Of a stretch of DNA of 64,000 bases, positions 31,311 to 47,080 are shown in pieces. The translations under genes and the position numbers were made by a program. Every line of letters starts with the position of its first letter. The first letter of the stretch is position 1. Source of the DNA: Spirochaetia bacterium (lineage in GTDB: Bacteria; Spirochaetota; Spirochaetia; SZUA-6; Bin103). The notes under the pieces are model-generated. The model ran no database searches and was not told the origin of the DNA. It saw nothing but the letters and a program-made list of their open reading frames with translations. The stretch spans positions 6,080,001 through 6,144,000 of the forward strand of contig CBDBDQ010000005.1 in assembly GCA_965203905.1 (NCBI GenBank). Reading direction: 5' to 3'.

Positions 31311-31807
31311 TTGCCGTCCTCGGTGCCCAACTCACGGACGAACTGGTCCACCAGGCGCCGCTGGGCGGCCTGGTCAAGGGCTGCTCCCACTACCTTGCGG
31401 GAGATGGCCAACGCAAGCTCGGCGGTCTGCTGCTGCAGCTCCGCCGCCACCTGCCGGCGCTCCTGCTCGATCTCCTCGAGGGCCCGCGCCTTGATCTCCG
31501 CGGCGTCCTGCTCGGCGGCCTGCAGCACCTCGTGGCGTACGTGCTCCGCCTGCTGCGCCAGCTTGGCGGCTTCCGCCTGGGCCGCGCCGCGCGCTTCCTC
31601 CAGCTCGCGCTCGAACCGGGCGCGTTGCTCCGCGGCCTCCGCGGAGGCGCGTTCGGCGGCGTCGAGCCCCTCGGCGATACGCTGCTTGCGCCCTTCCAGC
31701 ATCTGCTTGACCGGCTTGTACAGCAGCAGGCGCAACAGCAGCACCAGGATTACGAAGTTGATGGCGTAGGCGATCAACCCGCCCAGAGAGATGCCGAGAG
31801 CTTCCAC
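31307..31807 (-). CDS. atpF: Fo ATP synthase subunit b
   Basis: INFVILVLLLRLLLYKPV TM anchor followed by a long coiled coil. Confidence 0.95.
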   Translation of the reverse strand: MEALGISLGGLIAYAINFVILVLLLRLLLYKPVKQMLEGRKQRIAEGLDAAERASAEAAEQRARFERELEEARGAAQAEAAKLAQQAEHVRHEVLQAAEQDAAEIKARALEEIEQERRQVAAELQQQTAELALAISRKVVGAALDQAAQRRLVDQFVRELGTEDGK

Positions 31808-31821
31808 GGTAGCCTCAAGAA

Positions 31822-32100
<279 letters not shown>

Positions 32101-32107
32101 TCATTGC

Positions 32108-33052
32108 TCAGTGGTCCTCGTGGTGCTCGGTAGCCAAGTGGAAGAACGCCAGCGAGAGGATGAAGAACACGAACGCCTGAATCAAGCCTACGAATATCTC
32201 CAGACCGAAGAACACCACCACCAGCAGCAGCGAGACCAGGCCCGTGATCACGATGAGGATCACTTCGCCGGCGAAGATGTTGCCAAACAGGCGGAATGAG
32301 AAGGAGACGATCTTGGCGAACTCGCTCAGCCCCTCGAACAGGCCGACGAAAATATCCACCAGGCCCATGCCGATGCCCTTGGTGCGCAGGCTCTTGAAGC
32401 GGAAGAACTGACCCAGGTAGCCTACCCCACGGCTCCAGAAGCCGAACACCTGCACCAGGAACATGGTGATCAGTGCCAGCGTCAGGGTGAGGTTGAGGTC
32501 GCTGCTCGGGGCGCGCAGCCAGGGCACGATGACGAACCTGGCCTCGTTTACGTCGACGTGGGCACCGCCGCCCTTCTCCGCGGCGTGCTCCAGCACGTAC
32601 TCGGCGTCGCCGCGCAGGAACAGGATCTTGTCCGCCGTCAGGGAGCCATGGTCGCTGGCGTGGACGATGCCGATGCTGCCGAGGGCCGGGCTCAGAATCC
32701 CGAACCAGTTGGACACCAGCAGAAAGATGAAAATGGTGCTGCATATGGGAAAGAAGCGCGGCGCCCAGGTACGCGTCGCCGTGTCGTTGACCAGGTTGTC
32801 CAGCGCTTCGATCAGTGCCTCGACGACGTTCTGGACCCCGCCGGGACGCAGCTTCAGGTTGCGTCCCACGAAGTACGCGACCAGCACGATCACCGCGCTG
32901 AGGATGAACGACGTGAGCAGCGCGTTGGTCACCACCGGCCCGAGACCGATCTCCTCGGCGGCCACCTCGATGGCGGCCTGCGGCACCGGCAGCACGATGT
33001 TTCCGACCACGATCACGGCTAGCGCGAGCACGATCAGCAAGGCGATTTTCAT
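32108..33052 (-). CDS. atpB: Fo ATP synthase subunit a
   Basis: QNVVE, NWFGIL, RAPSSDLN, SFSFRLFGNIFAGE, IQAFVFFIL; ATG 33052. Confidence 0.95.
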   Translation of the reverse strand: MKIALLIVLALAVIVVGNIVLPVPQAAIEVAAEEIGLGPVVTNALLTSFILSAVIVLVAYFVGRNLKLRPGGVQNVVEALIEALDNLVNDTATRTWAPRFFPICSTIFIFLLVSNWFGILSPALGSIGIVHASDHGSLTADKILFLRGDAEYVLEHAAEKGGGAHVDVNEARFVIVPWLRAPSSDLNLTLTLALITMFLVQVFGFWSRGVGYLGQFFRFKSLRTKGIGMGLVDIFVGLFEGLSEFAKIVSFSFRLFGNIFAGEVILIVITGLVSLLLVVVFFGLEIFVGLIQAFVFFILSLAFFHLATEHHEDH

Positions 33053-33059
33053 CGCGCAG

Positions 33060-33608
33060 CTAAGATGTGGCCTCGTTGGAGGCGGTCGTTTCCTCGCTCG
33101 CGCCGGGCACGGCGCCGCCATTGCCGTCGGCGGCGCTGTCCGCGGCGGGCGCCTGGTCGCCTGCCGTCGCCTCTCCGGCGGCGGCGGCCGGCGCCGCATC
33201 AGCCTCGGAAGCGGCGGCAGCGTCGCCGTCGTCTGCAGCGGCGGCAGCGTCGCCGGCAGCCGGGGCCTGCTCCTGGGTGAGGATCTCCGGTGCCGGGGTC
33301 TCCACCCACCAGTCGGTGCGCTCGATGCCGCGCATGCGCTCGGCCCGGGCCCGGCCGATGACGTTGCCCGCGTCGGGAGTGCGGTTCATCCAGGCGAGCG
33401 CAAACGCCGCCGCCAGAAAAATCACCGCCAGCACCGTGGTGGCCCGGGTCAGCACGTTGCCGGTGCGAGCGCCGAACGGAGTGCCGCTGCCACCGCCGAA
33501 CATGGCGCCGATACCACCGCCCTGATCGTCCTGGATCAACACCACGGCCATCAGCAGCAGCGCACTGACGACGAATATCACGAGAACGAGAATGGAGACT
33601 ATTGCCAT
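33060..33608 (-). CDS. secG: Preprotein translocase subunit SecG with long acidic/Ala-rich tail
   Basis: VLIQ..QGGGIGAMFGGGS...GNVLTRAT; follows tpiA. Confidence 0.92.
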   Translation of the reverse strand: MAIVSILVLVIFVVSALLLMAVVLIQDDQGGGIGAMFGGGSGTPFGARTGNVLTRATTVLAVIFLAAAFALAWMNRTPDAGNVIGRARAERMRGIERTDWWVETPAPEILTQEQAPAAGDAAAAADDGDAAAASEADAAPAAAAGEATAGDQAPAADSAADGNGGAVPGASEETTASNEATS

Positions 33609-33654
33609 GCCGGTGACGGCACCACGGCAGGGAGCCGGCGCGGCGCCGGTGCCA

Positions 33655-33684
33655 ACTATACTAACGAGCAAGCGCCCGAATCAA
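33655..33684 (-). promoter_or_regulatory. Putative sigma70 promoter upstream of secG-atp
   Basis: Minus strand TTGATT-18 bp-TATAGT. Confidence 0.55.
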
Positions 33685-33714
33685 CGGCCTGGGATTCAGG
33701 CTGCTCAAGGCGAT

Positions 33715-34482
<768 letters not shown>

Positions 34483-34495
34483 GCGTGTGTCCCTC

Positions 34496-35683
34496 TCAGC
34501 CACCCTGGAGCGCTGCGACGCCGGGCAGGACGCGACCTTCCAGCAGTTCCAGCGAAGCGCCGCCGCCGGTGGAAACGTGGGTGACGCGGTCCGCGATCCC
34601 GGCGGCGTTGATCGCCGCCACCGAATCGCCGCCTCCCACCACGGTGGTTCCCGCACACTCCGCCACCGCCCGTGCCACGGCATGGGTGCCGGCCGCGAAC
34701 GGCGCCACCTCGAATACCCCCATCGGTCCGTTCCACATTACCGTCCGTGCGGCGGCAATGCGGGACGCGAACGCGGTCCTGGTTCGCGGCCCGATATCCA
34801 CCCCTATGGCGCTGCCGGGAATGGCATCGTCGGGGGTCACGGCGTGCCGGGCGGAGGCGCTGATGGCGCTCGCGGCAACGTGATCGCAGGGCAGCAGCAA
34901 CGCTACTCCACCCTCGGCGGCGCGCCGCACCAGGTCGCCGGCGGTGGCGACCAGGTCCGGCTCCACCAGCGAGTTGCCCACCGCGACGCCGCGTGCCTGC
35001 AGGAAGGTGTAGGCCATTCCACCGCCGATCAGCAGGGTGTCCACCTTGGGCAGCAGGTGCTCCAGGACCGCGACCTTGGAGGACACCTTGGCGCCGCCGA
35101 CCAGCGCCACGAACGGCCGGGCGGGAGCGGTAAGGAGCTGCGTCAGAACCGCCACCTCGCGCGCCATGAGCAATCCGGCGGCGGCGGGCAGATGGGCGGC
35201 CACCAGCGCGGTGGAAGCGTGGGCGCGATGGGCCGCGCCGAACGCATCGTTCACGTAGACGTTGCCCAGCGCCGCCAGCCGGCGCGCGAAGGCGGCATCG
35301 CCGGCCTCCTCCTCGGGGTGGAAGCGCAGGTTTTCCAACAACATCACGCCGCCCGGCGGCAGCGCAGCGGCGAGACGCTCCACCTCCGGTCCGACACAGT
35401 CGGGCGCCATGGTCACCGCACGCCCGAGCAGGCGGCCGAGGTGAGCGGCCACCGGTGCCAGGCTCAGCCCCGCCCGCGGCTTGCCCTTGGGCCGACCCAG
35501 GTGACTCATCAGCACGACGCTCGATTGCGGCTGCTCCAGGATGGCGTGCAGCGTGGGGAGCGCCGCGCGGATCCGGGTGTCGTCTGCGACGCCCCCGTGT
35601 TCCAGCGGCACGTTGAAGTCCACCCGCAGCAACACGCGCTGGCCCGCCAGCGGAAGATCGGACAACCCGCGCACTGCCGTCAC
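34496..35683 (-). CDS. pgk: Phosphoglycerate kinase
   Basis: RVDFNVP, SHLGRP, NDAFGAAHRAHAS, WNGPMGVFE, HVSTGGGASL. Confidence 0.98.
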   Translation of the reverse strand: MTAVRGLSDLPLAGQRVLLRVDFNVPLEHGGVADDTRIRAALPTLHAILEQPQSSVVLMSHLGRPKGKPRAGLSLAPVAAHLGRLLGRAVTMAPDCVGPEVERLAAALPPGGVMLLENLRFHPEEEAGDAAFARRLAALGNVYVNDAFGAAHRAHASTALVAAHLPAAAGLLMAREVAVLTQLLTAPARPFVALVGGAKVSSKVAVLEHLLPKVDTLLIGGGMAYTFLQARGVAVGNSLVEPDLVATAGDLVRRAAEGGVALLLPCDHVAASAISASARHAVTPDDAIPGSAIGVDIGPRTRTAFASRIAAARTVMWNGPMGVFEVAPFAAGTHAVARAVAECAGTTVVGGGDSVAAINAAGIADRVTHVSTGGGASLELLEGRVLPGVAALQGG

Positions 35684-36498
35684 CGCTGCCGCTCCTCCCC
35701 GTCGACGCCGTCCGCGCCTGCCGGAGCACCCCGGCGCACCACGATCTTTACACTGGTGATGCGGTTTCCCTCCATCTGCTGGATCACGAAGTCGGCCCTG
35801 CCGTAACGCTGCTTCTCGTATTTCACGGGGATCTTGCCGAACAGATCGAACACGAAGCCGCCGAGGGTCTCGAAGTCGTCCTCGGGCAGATCGAACTCCG
35901 AGTGCTGGTTCAGTTCATCGAGACGCACGCGCGCGTCGCACAGATAGATGCCCTCGCCGATCTTCTGAATCTCGTCGGCTTCGTTGTCGAATTCATCCTG
36001 GATGTCGCCGACGATCTCCTCGATCACGTCCTCGAGACAGACGATCCCCGAGGTGCCGCCGTACTCGTCCACGATCACCGCGATGTGCACGTGGCGGAGC
36101 TGGAACTCCCGCAGCAGCTCATCGACCTTCTTGGTTTCCGGAACGAAGAAGGGGCGGCGCATGATGCGCTCCAGAACCGGTTCCTCCCCCTCGCCGGCCG
36201 CCGCCGCCCGCGAGCGCAGCAGATCCTTGGCGTACACCACCCCGACGATGTTGTCCATGTTCTGGTGATAGACCGGGAGCCGCGAGTGGCCGCTGGCCGC
36301 CACCCGTTCCACCAGGGCTTCGGCGGGGGTGTCGGACGAAACCGAGATCACGTCCGGACGCGGCACCATGATCTCCTTCACGGTGCTCCGGGAAAGCTCG
36401 ACGACACCCTGGATCATCTCCTTGGCGGCGCCGTCGAGATTGGCTAGGTCATCCTCTTCCGAATCCGCTCTGCCGAGCAGCTTCTCCAGGAACCCCAT
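35680..36498 (-). CDS. HlyC/CorC-family CBS-domain protein (soluble CorC-like)
   Basis: IMVPR, HSRLPVY, VIVDEYGGTSG, EDVIEEIVGDIQDEFD, FETLGGF; ATG 36498. Confidence 0.92.
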   Translation of the reverse strand: MGFLEKLLGRADSEEDDLANLDGAAKEMIQGVVELSRSTVKEIMVPRPDVISVSSDTPAEALVERVAASGHSRLPVYHQNMDNIVGVVYAKDLLRSRAAAAGEGEEPVLERIMRRPFFVPETKKVDELLREFQLRHVHIAVIVDEYGGTSGIVCLEDVIEEIVGDIQDEFDNEADEIQKIGEGIYLCDARVRLDELNQHSEFDLPEDDFETLGGFVFDLFGKIPVKYEKQRYGRADFVIQQMEGNRITSVKIVVRRGAPAGADGVDGEERQR

Positions 36499-36499
36499 C

Positions 36500-37000
36500 T
36501 TATTCCTCCACAACTTCGGGTAGTACGTGCCGGAGCCGATCCACATCCGACCGCAGATCGGCCAGCATCCGTTCCTGCAACGTCAACATGGGCTCATCGT
36601 CGGTGGGCGGGTCGGCGTGATCCATGCCCACGAGATGCAGCATACCGTGTACCAGCAACCGACACAGCTCGCGTTCCCGCGGCTCGCCGCGGCTCGCCGC
36701 CTGACGCGCGGCCACGTCCACGGCGATGACCACGTCGCCGGCCACCTGCTCCGAAAGTGCCGACCGGTGGCCATGGTCGTCGAGCTGCCTGAACGACAGC
36801 ACGTCGGTAGGTGCTTCGATGCCCCGGTAGCGCGCATTGAGATCGCGCATGGCGGCCTCGTCGCACAGCAGCACCGATACCTCCAGGGGACTCTGCAGGC
36901 GCTCCAGCACGCGGCAGCCGAACTGCCCCAGCGCCACCTGCAGCCGCGTCCCCCGCTCGTTCGCATGCGCGCCACCAGCCCAGCGCACCTCCACGGTCAC
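36500..37000 (-). CDS. ybeY: rRNA maturation RNase YbeY
   Basis: LNARYRG..PTDVLSF, HGMLHLVGMDH. Confidence 0.95.
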   Translation of the reverse strand: MTVEVRWAGGAHANERGTRLQVALGQFGCRVLERLQSPLEVSVLLCDEAAMRDLNARYRGIEAPTDVLSFRQLDDHGHRSALSEQVAGDVVIAVDVAARQAASRGEPRERELCRLLVHGMLHLVGMDHADPPTDDEPMLTLQERMLADLRSDVDRLRHVLPEVVEE

Positions 37001-37998
37001 GGCGCAACTCCGTCCGGCGCGGCCGCGGGCTGCTCGGCCGCCTCGTAGGCGCGTACGATCTTGCGCACCAGTGCGCTGCGTACCACGTCAGCCTGCCCCA
37101 GACGCACGAAACAGATCTCCTGCACCGGTGACAGTACCGACATGATATGAATCAGGCCCGAGTCCTGGCGGCGCGGCAGATCGACCTGGGTGATGTCCCC
37201 CGTGATCACGGCACGCGACCCCTCGCCCAGCCGGGTAAGAAACATCTTCATCTGCTCGCGCGTGGTGTTCTGTGCCTCGTCCAGGATCACGTAGCTGTCG
37301 GCGAGCGTGCGGCCCCGCATGTAGGCCAGCGGAGCCACTTCGATGGCCCGGGTCTCCTCCATGCGCCGCAACGTATCGCTGGAGACCAGCGCATCCATGG
37401 CGTCGTACAGCGGCCGCAGGTAGGGGTCCACCTTCTGCGCCAGGTCGCCGGGCAGGTAGCCGAGACTCTCGCCCGCCTCCACCACCGGCCTGGTAACCAC
37501 CAGGCGGCGCTTGTCCCGGCTGAGCACCGCGCGCAAGGCGGCGGCGACGGCGAGGAACGTCTTGCCGGTACCGGCCGGGCCGATGGCCACCACCAGCTCG
37601 TGAGCGGCCAGTGCCTCCAGGTACCGGCTCTGGCGCTCGCTGCGCGCATAGATGCGATCCAGGCCGCCCGGGATCAACACCGGATCGGCGCCGTTGCTGC
37701 GCTCGGGCGCGGTCACCGCCTCGTGGGCGGCGGCAATGGCGAACCGATCCAGGGTGCGTCCGCCAGCGGCCTGTTCCCGCAGCCAGTCGAGCATCGCGGC
37801 AAAGCGGCGCCGCTGGTCGGCGCTGTCGGTGTCCAGCAGCAACTCGTTGCCACGGCTGCGCACCGGTGCCCCGAGCAGTTCCTCGAAGGCGCGCAGATTG
37901 CTGTCATTGGGGCCGCAGAGCTCGCGCAGGAAGCCGATGTTGGTGAGGGCTACCGTCACTGCAAGCGCCATCGGCGGCCCGTCAGCGGAGCCGGCCAC
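36997..37998 (-). CDS. phoH: PhoH-family ATPase (YbeZ-like)
   Basis: GPAGTGKT, RPVVEAGESLGYLPG, YMRGRT, DEAQN, GDITQVDL. Confidence 0.93.
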   Translation of the reverse strand: MAGSADGPPMALAVTVALTNIGFLRELCGPNDSNLRAFEELLGAPVRSRGNELLLDTDSADQRRRFAAMLDWLREQAAGGRTLDRFAIAAAHEAVTAPERSNGADPVLIPGGLDRIYARSERQSRYLEALAAHELVVAIGPAGTGKTFLAVAAALRAVLSRDKRRLVVTRPVVEAGESLGYLPGDLAQKVDPYLRPLYDAMDALVSSDTLRRMEETRAIEVAPLAYMRGRTLADSYVILDEAQNTTREQMKMFLTRLGEGSRAVITGDITQVDLPRRQDSGLIHIMSVLSPVQEICFVRLGQADVVRSALVRKIVRAYEAAEQPAAAPDGVAP

Positions 37999-38127
37999 GG
38001 GCGGCGAAGGAGACCGCTCACCGGGCGGGGTGTTGCTGTGTGCACGTAAACACCGGTATCAGGAGTGCCAAGGTTGCGGTATCGACGCTGAACTGTCAAC
38101 AGGCACGCCACAACGGTCTCACAACGG

Positions 38128-41100
38128 TCACTCGCTGATGAAGAACTCGTCGTCGTCGCCGCCCAGGCTGCTGCGGATTTCCGGCACCGGCAGCCACTGC
38201 ACCACGATCGAGAACTCGGAGGAGAGGGCGATGACACCGTCCTCCTGCGCCCTTGGCCGCACGCTGTAGTCGAAGGTCAGGTCCCAGTCCTGCAGATGAT
38301 GGACCGCGCTCAGGCTCAGCCGGTCGATCTTGAAGTTGGACCGCAGGCGCAGGCTGTCGTCCCAGAATGCGAACGACCACAGCAGGTCCTCGATTGGGTT
38401 CAGCGGTTCCTGCCCGGCATCGCGCGCCCAGTCCGGGAAGTAGCGATAGGTCCGCTCGTTGCTGGATGCCGTGGCGAAGGTAAGGTCGAGGAACTCGTGA
38501 ACCCGCGCGGTAAAGGCGGTGCTGAAGGTGAAGCGATTGCTCCTGGGGTCGGGAAAGTTGACCGTCCATCCGGCGCGGGCGGTGAACTCGAGCCTGATGC
38601 GGTCGCGCCACAGGTAGCTCGGCCCCAGCGTCTCGGTGTAGTCGATGCGCAATTGCTGCAGCCCGAGGGTCTCCTCTTCGCGCCCCGTCCGCTGCAGGGG
38701 CAGCGCGATCAGGGAGGCGTTGAGGCCACCCAGCCGGAGTGAGCTGACGCTGCGCGCTACCCGGGCCGCCGGCGCGTCCTCGGGTACCCGGCGATAGGCC
38801 AGGTCGATGCTCAGCTGCTGGCGCAGGGACAATGGCTCCAGCGGCTTCGCCTCCAGGCTCAGGTTGAGCGGCTGCGGCTCCCACTCGGCACATTCCCCCA
38901 GCGGCGACCGGGACTCGTCCTCCATGCCGGTCCGCGGGTCGTCCCTGCAGCGCACGCCGGTGCTCGCGGAAGCGGAGACGTCGCCGGCGCTCAACGCCAG
39001 GCCGGCGCTCAGGAGCATGGGCCGCGGCGGCAGGTCCGCGCTCAGGGTCAGGCGCTGGGGGAAATCAGCCACCTGCAGCGCGGCCACGGCCGCCAGCCGG
39101 TGGCGGGTGATGCCGTCGATGTCCCAGCTGCCCCAACGGGTGCGAAAGTCTTCGTCGGCCGCGACGTAGGCGAGGTTGAGGAGACGCAGGTCGAGATCGT
39201 AGGTCACTGCCGAGCGCTCCAATGCCGGCTGCCCCAGCAGCGGCCGCAGGGTGAGCCGATTGCCGAGGCTCACGGTAATGCCCGACCGGCTCCGGGTCTC
39301 GACGGTCAGCCGCTCCCGCTGCGGGTCAGGCATGTTTTCGGCGGTGTGGACCAGGCTCTGCAGCGTGATGGTGTTGCGCAGGCTGTTGTCGAGGCCAAGC
39401 ACGCCGCCGTACAGGTCCGCATCGTGCTGCACCAGCGTGGTGTGAGCCACCTGGACGGTGGCCGATTCCAGCGCATGGTCCACGTCGCGTGCCGTGTTCC
39501 AGCGGGCGCTGTCGTGGGTACCCTCGAAGGTGACGCCGGGACGCAGATCGTAGCGCAGCCGCACGGTCGATTCCTGCTGCGGCCGGGACCGGGTGGAGCT
39601 CTGCGGCAGGGCCTCGGGAGCGGCTGCCTCCGGCGCGGTACCGCGCGCAGGCGGCTCGGGATCGGTCGGCGCCTCCTCCGTCGCCGATACCATGCCCGAG
39701 CGCGGGCGCAACCGGCCGCCGGGCAGGTCGGGGGGGGCCTCCTGAACGGCGCCGGCCGGGCTGGCCGGCAGCCGCAGCAACGTACCGCCCATCTGCGCGA
39801 ACAGCGGCAGGCGCAGGGACGAGGGATAGAAGAACGTGCGCGTCGGATCGTGGCGGGCGCCCGCGGAGGTCCCCGGCGCAGCGGCGGTCCGGCTGTGCCA
39901 GAGCCAGCGCACCCCGGCGTTGCGCACGCTCAGCTGATCGATCGGCCGCGGGGCACTCCGCCCTGGCGCCAGCAGACCGGAGAAATCGGCGCGCGCGTTG
40001 AGATCCCAGGACAGGTTCGTGCGCCGTGTCGGGGCATCCTCCGCGGCGGCCGTGAATCCTATCAGCGCCGGCCAGTTGAACCGCTCCTCGCGGTTGCCGA
40101 AGTCGGTCGTGAATTCGGGATCCGAGAACAGCTCCACGCGGCCGGTCAGCGAGACGTCGGGCAACGCCAGGTTGCCGGCCAGCTCCAGACCGTAGCGCAG
40201 CGGCAGGGTCACGCCGAACAGCGACGAGTCGTGCCAGTACGAGCGTCCGCTCACCGGGTCCGAGGCAATGAGGCTGCCGCCGAGCGGCCATATGCTGCGG
40301 GAACGCGCCACCCCGAGCTGGAACTCCAGCGCACCGCTCTCGGCCAGCGGCAGGTCCCCCGCGACGCCCGCGAACAGGCCCAACCGGGCGTACAGGTCCA
40401 GCATCAGCTTCAGGTAGTGCTCGTCGGACGGCGGCTCGTCGGTCGGCACCCGACGCAGAAACAGGCCGCGCAACTCCTCGCGATACTGCCCCGGAGTGGT
40501 CAGGCTCAGCACCGACAGCGGCTCGTCCTCCGGTGGCCGGCGGCCAATCAGATACAGGGTGGTGTTGACGAACAGTCCCTCGCGATCCCGCACCCCGAGG
40601 GCGGGACGAAGCACCATCTCGTCGCCGGGCAGAAAGAAGAACGGCAGGTAGAGCACCGGAACCCCACCCACGTACAGGGTGGCCCCCTGCAACCCCCACT
40701 CGCCCGGCGCCAACAGCCACATGCGCTCGGCGCGGACCTCGTAGTTCGGCAGTCTCGGATGGGAGCTCGTGAAGCGGGCGCCATCCAGAATGATGGTGGC
40801 GTCGGCCAGGCGCGTGATCGTGTCGCCGGCAAAGGAAAAGGTCACGGGACCGGCGACGCCATCGCGCTGCTGGCGGGTGAAGCCATCCACGAACACCGCC
40901 TTGGAGGTTGCCAGGTCGAACGCCAGGCTCGCCGCCCCCACCAGTTGCGGCTCGCCGTCACCGTGCGTCACCACGTACTCCACGCCGCCGCGCGCAGAGA
41001 GCAGCTCCGCGTCGTGGTGGTAGATCACTTCGTCGGCGCGGATCACGTGCTCGGAATCCGCATCCGCATCCTGCACCACCAGCTCCACGGCGCCGCGCAA

Positions 41101-41693
41101 CACCAGGTAACTGCCGCCGGTCGCCGCGTCGCCGCGATACTCGGCATGGACCGCCTGCCGCACGTCCACCACCTGTGCCGGCTGCGACGGCGGCCCCGAC
41201 ACCTCCTCCGGCAGGGCGTAGAAGCGCCGCAACCGCGCCTGCAGGTCACGCCGACTGCCGCGGTCGTCCAGGCCCAGCCGGCGCGCCTCGGCGCGCAGCT
41301 CGTCGTAGCCTGCGCCGGCGATGTCGTCCGCCAGCGTAGCGCGAATCAGCTTCCGCGCAGCCGGAGACGCGGCGGGCGCCACCACCGGCACCTGCGGCTC
41401 GGCGGACGCCTCCACGACCGCGGTAGCGCCGTCAGTCGCGTCGGCGGAGGGCGTTGCCGCGGCCGGCTCCGCCGCGGTTGCCTGCTCGGGAGCGGTGGCT
41501 GCCGCCGCCGCGTCCGGGGGATCCTGGACCGGGGCCGTCTGCGTTGCCACGATGCGCGGCAAGAGCAGCAGCGCCGCCACGACAAGGGCGCCGGCAAGCA
41601 CCTCTCGCTTGTGAATCGCGGCGAGACGCCGTATCGCGGCCGTTGGCGCAGTCCGGCAACGGCCGTTCCGCAGTCGGACGTGGGGCCGAGTAC

Positions 41694-41697
<4 letters not shown>
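38128..41697 (-). CDS. lptD: LptD-like outer-membrane LPS/glycolipid assembly protein (start uncertain, 41601-41697)
   Basis: OstA-like N-region '[11 protein letters not shown]...VPVLYLPFF', '[15 protein letters not shown]', long beta-barrel body, C-terminal 'HHLQDW...[11 protein letters not shown]'. Confidence 0.75.
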
Positions 41698-44659
<2,962 letters not shown>

Positions 44660-44663
<4 letters not shown>

Positions 44664-47080
44664 GCCAGCTTCACCACGGTCTTGCCGGCGCCGCCCGCCT
44701 GGGGCGCGGCAGCGGCAAAGCCCACCACGTCACGGTGCCGCTCAAGATACTGGTGGATGCCGTGGCGGAGAACACCCTCGCCCGTGCCGTGCAGAATGGT
44801 GAACTGGTGCAACCCGTTCAGCAGCGCGCCGTCGAGCTGGCGCTCCACCTGTTCCAGCGCCTCGTGCAGGCGCAGCCCCCGCACGTCGAGCTCCAGCAAC
44901 GGGCGGCCGCCAACGGCGCTCACCTCCACGTGAGGGGGCGCCGGCGGGTGCCGCCGAATGCCCCGCTCCGGCGCAACCGCGAGCTGCAGCTCGGCGGCCC
45001 GGAAGGTGCCGCGCACGCTGCCGGTCTCCACCACCCACGACCCGCGCCGGCCGGCCCGCACTACGGTTCCTTCGCGACCGCTGCCGGCAATGCGCACCCG
45101 CGCTCCCGGTGCCAGGTCGCCCGGTGCGGCGGCCGGCAACGGAGCCAACGCGGCGCCCGCCGCCTGGTCGCCGGAACCGGAGCGCGCGGTCTCGGGCTCG
45201 GCGGCGGCCGTTGCCCGCGCCGCCACCTGGTCCACGACCGCGCGCGCCGCGGCGGCCGCACCGCGCCAGCCCTCGCCGTCCCGGCCGCGCTCCCGCAACT
45301 CGCGAATGGCGCCCTCCAGCTGCTGGCGGCTGCGGCTCAGGAAGGCGCGCAGCTCCCGCGCTTCCGCGGCGTGCAGCTCCCGCTCCCGCGCGGCCAGCTC
45401 GCGCTCTCGCAGCGCCGTTTCCCGCCGCCGGCGCTCCAGCTCCAGCTGCGACTGGTCCTGTTCCTCGGCAATCTCGCGCAGCTCGTGCTGGCGCGCGGTC
45501 AGCGAGCGAATGATCTCGCCGGTATCGCTGCGCCCCTCGGCGAGGTACCCGCGCGCCGCGGCAACCACCTCCTCGGCAATGCCTTGACGGCGCGCGATCT
45601 CCAACGCGTGGCTCTCGCCGGGGATTCCCAGCAACAGACGATAGGTGGGACGCAGCGACTGCAGATCGAACTCCATGGCGGCGTTGTCGACGGCCGGGTT
45701 CACGTATCCGTAATTCTTGAGCGCGCCGTGATGAGTCGAGACCGCGACCAGCGCGCCCCGCGCGATGAGATTGTCCAGCACCGCCATCGCCAGCGTCACG
45801 CCTTCCTCGGGATCGGTGCCCGCCCCCAGCTCGTCGAGCAGCACGAGTGAGCGCTCGCTTGCGGATGCGAGGATGTGGGCGAGCTGGCGCACGTGACCGG
45901 AGAAGGTGGACAGCGACTGCGCGATCGACTGCTCGTCCCCGATGTCGCACAGCACCTCGTCGAACAGCGGCAGCGCGCTGCCCGCGGCCGCCGGAACTTC
46001 CATCCCGAACTGATTCATCAGCGCCAGCAGGCCCACCGTCTTCAGCGCCACCGTCTTGCCCCCGGTGTTGGGGCCGGTGATGATCAGCACCCGGCGGCCC
46101 GCGCCCCAGCGGATGTCGATCGGCACCGCCTCGGCGCCGAGCAACGGATGGCGTGCCGCGCGCAGGTCGATCGTCCCGGAGCCGCGCTGCAGCGCGACGC
46201 ACCGGTGCAGGCGGGCGTAGCGGGCGCGGGCGTAGCGCGCATCGTAGTGGGCGATTGCCGCCATGGTAGCGCACACCTCCTGCCCGTGCGCGGCGATCTC
46301 GGCGGTGAGCTCGCGCATGATGCGGCGCAGCTCACGGCGGTAGGCCAACTGCTCGGCGGCCACCCGATGGCCGGCGTGGACGCTCTCCTCGGGCTCGATG
46401 AAGACGGTCGCCCCGCTGGAGGAGACCTCGTGCACCACGCCGCGGATGCGGCCTTGATGATTGGCCTTGACCGGGAGCACCATACGTCCGCCGCGTTCGG
46501 TGGGGCGGTCGCCGTTGAGCACGGTGCGATACTCGGGCGCGGTGAGGTAACGGCGCGCCGCCAGCTCCACTTCCCGCTCCAGACGCCGGATACGGCCGCG
46601 AATCGCCGCCAGGGAGGGTAACTGGCGCTCGCGAATGGAACCGTCGGGGTCCACCACGCGGAAGATCTTCGCCGGCAGCGCCGCTACCGCGGCGGCCGGA
46701 GCCAGCAGGGGCGCGATGCGGGCCATGGCGGCGTCGCCGCGGCCACGCGGCCGCAGGGCGCGGTGCAACGTACCCGCGGAGTGCAGGAAGCGGCCGAGGC
46801 GAGCCGCGGCGTCCGGCTCCAGCACCGTACCTTCCTTGGACAGCAGGGCGACCGCATCGGCCACTTCGGGCAGGTCGGACGTGGCCGGGACCCGGTCCGC
46901 TTCCAGCAGTTCACGCAACGCGCCGACCTCGCCCAGCAGCTCGGCGTGCGCGGCGGCGTCGCCGACGAACTCCTCCGCGGCGAGCCGCGCGGCACCGGCC
47001 GCGGACAGGCACAGTTCTGCCAGCTCGGCGCGCACGCGGGCAAACTCCAGGAGGGCGACTGCATGCCGGTCCATGGGCAT
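44660..47080 (-). CDS. mutS2: Endonuclease MutS2 with C-terminal Smr domain
   Basis: [41 protein letters not shown], Smr 'LDVRG...[10 protein letters not shown]'. Confidence 0.95.

Noticed and set aside
38094-38130. TTGACA (minus strand) and a CACAACGGTC direct repeat upstream of phoH as a promoter or Pho box
   Set aside because: No convincing -10 at 16-18 bp, and the repeat does not match the Pho-box consensus.
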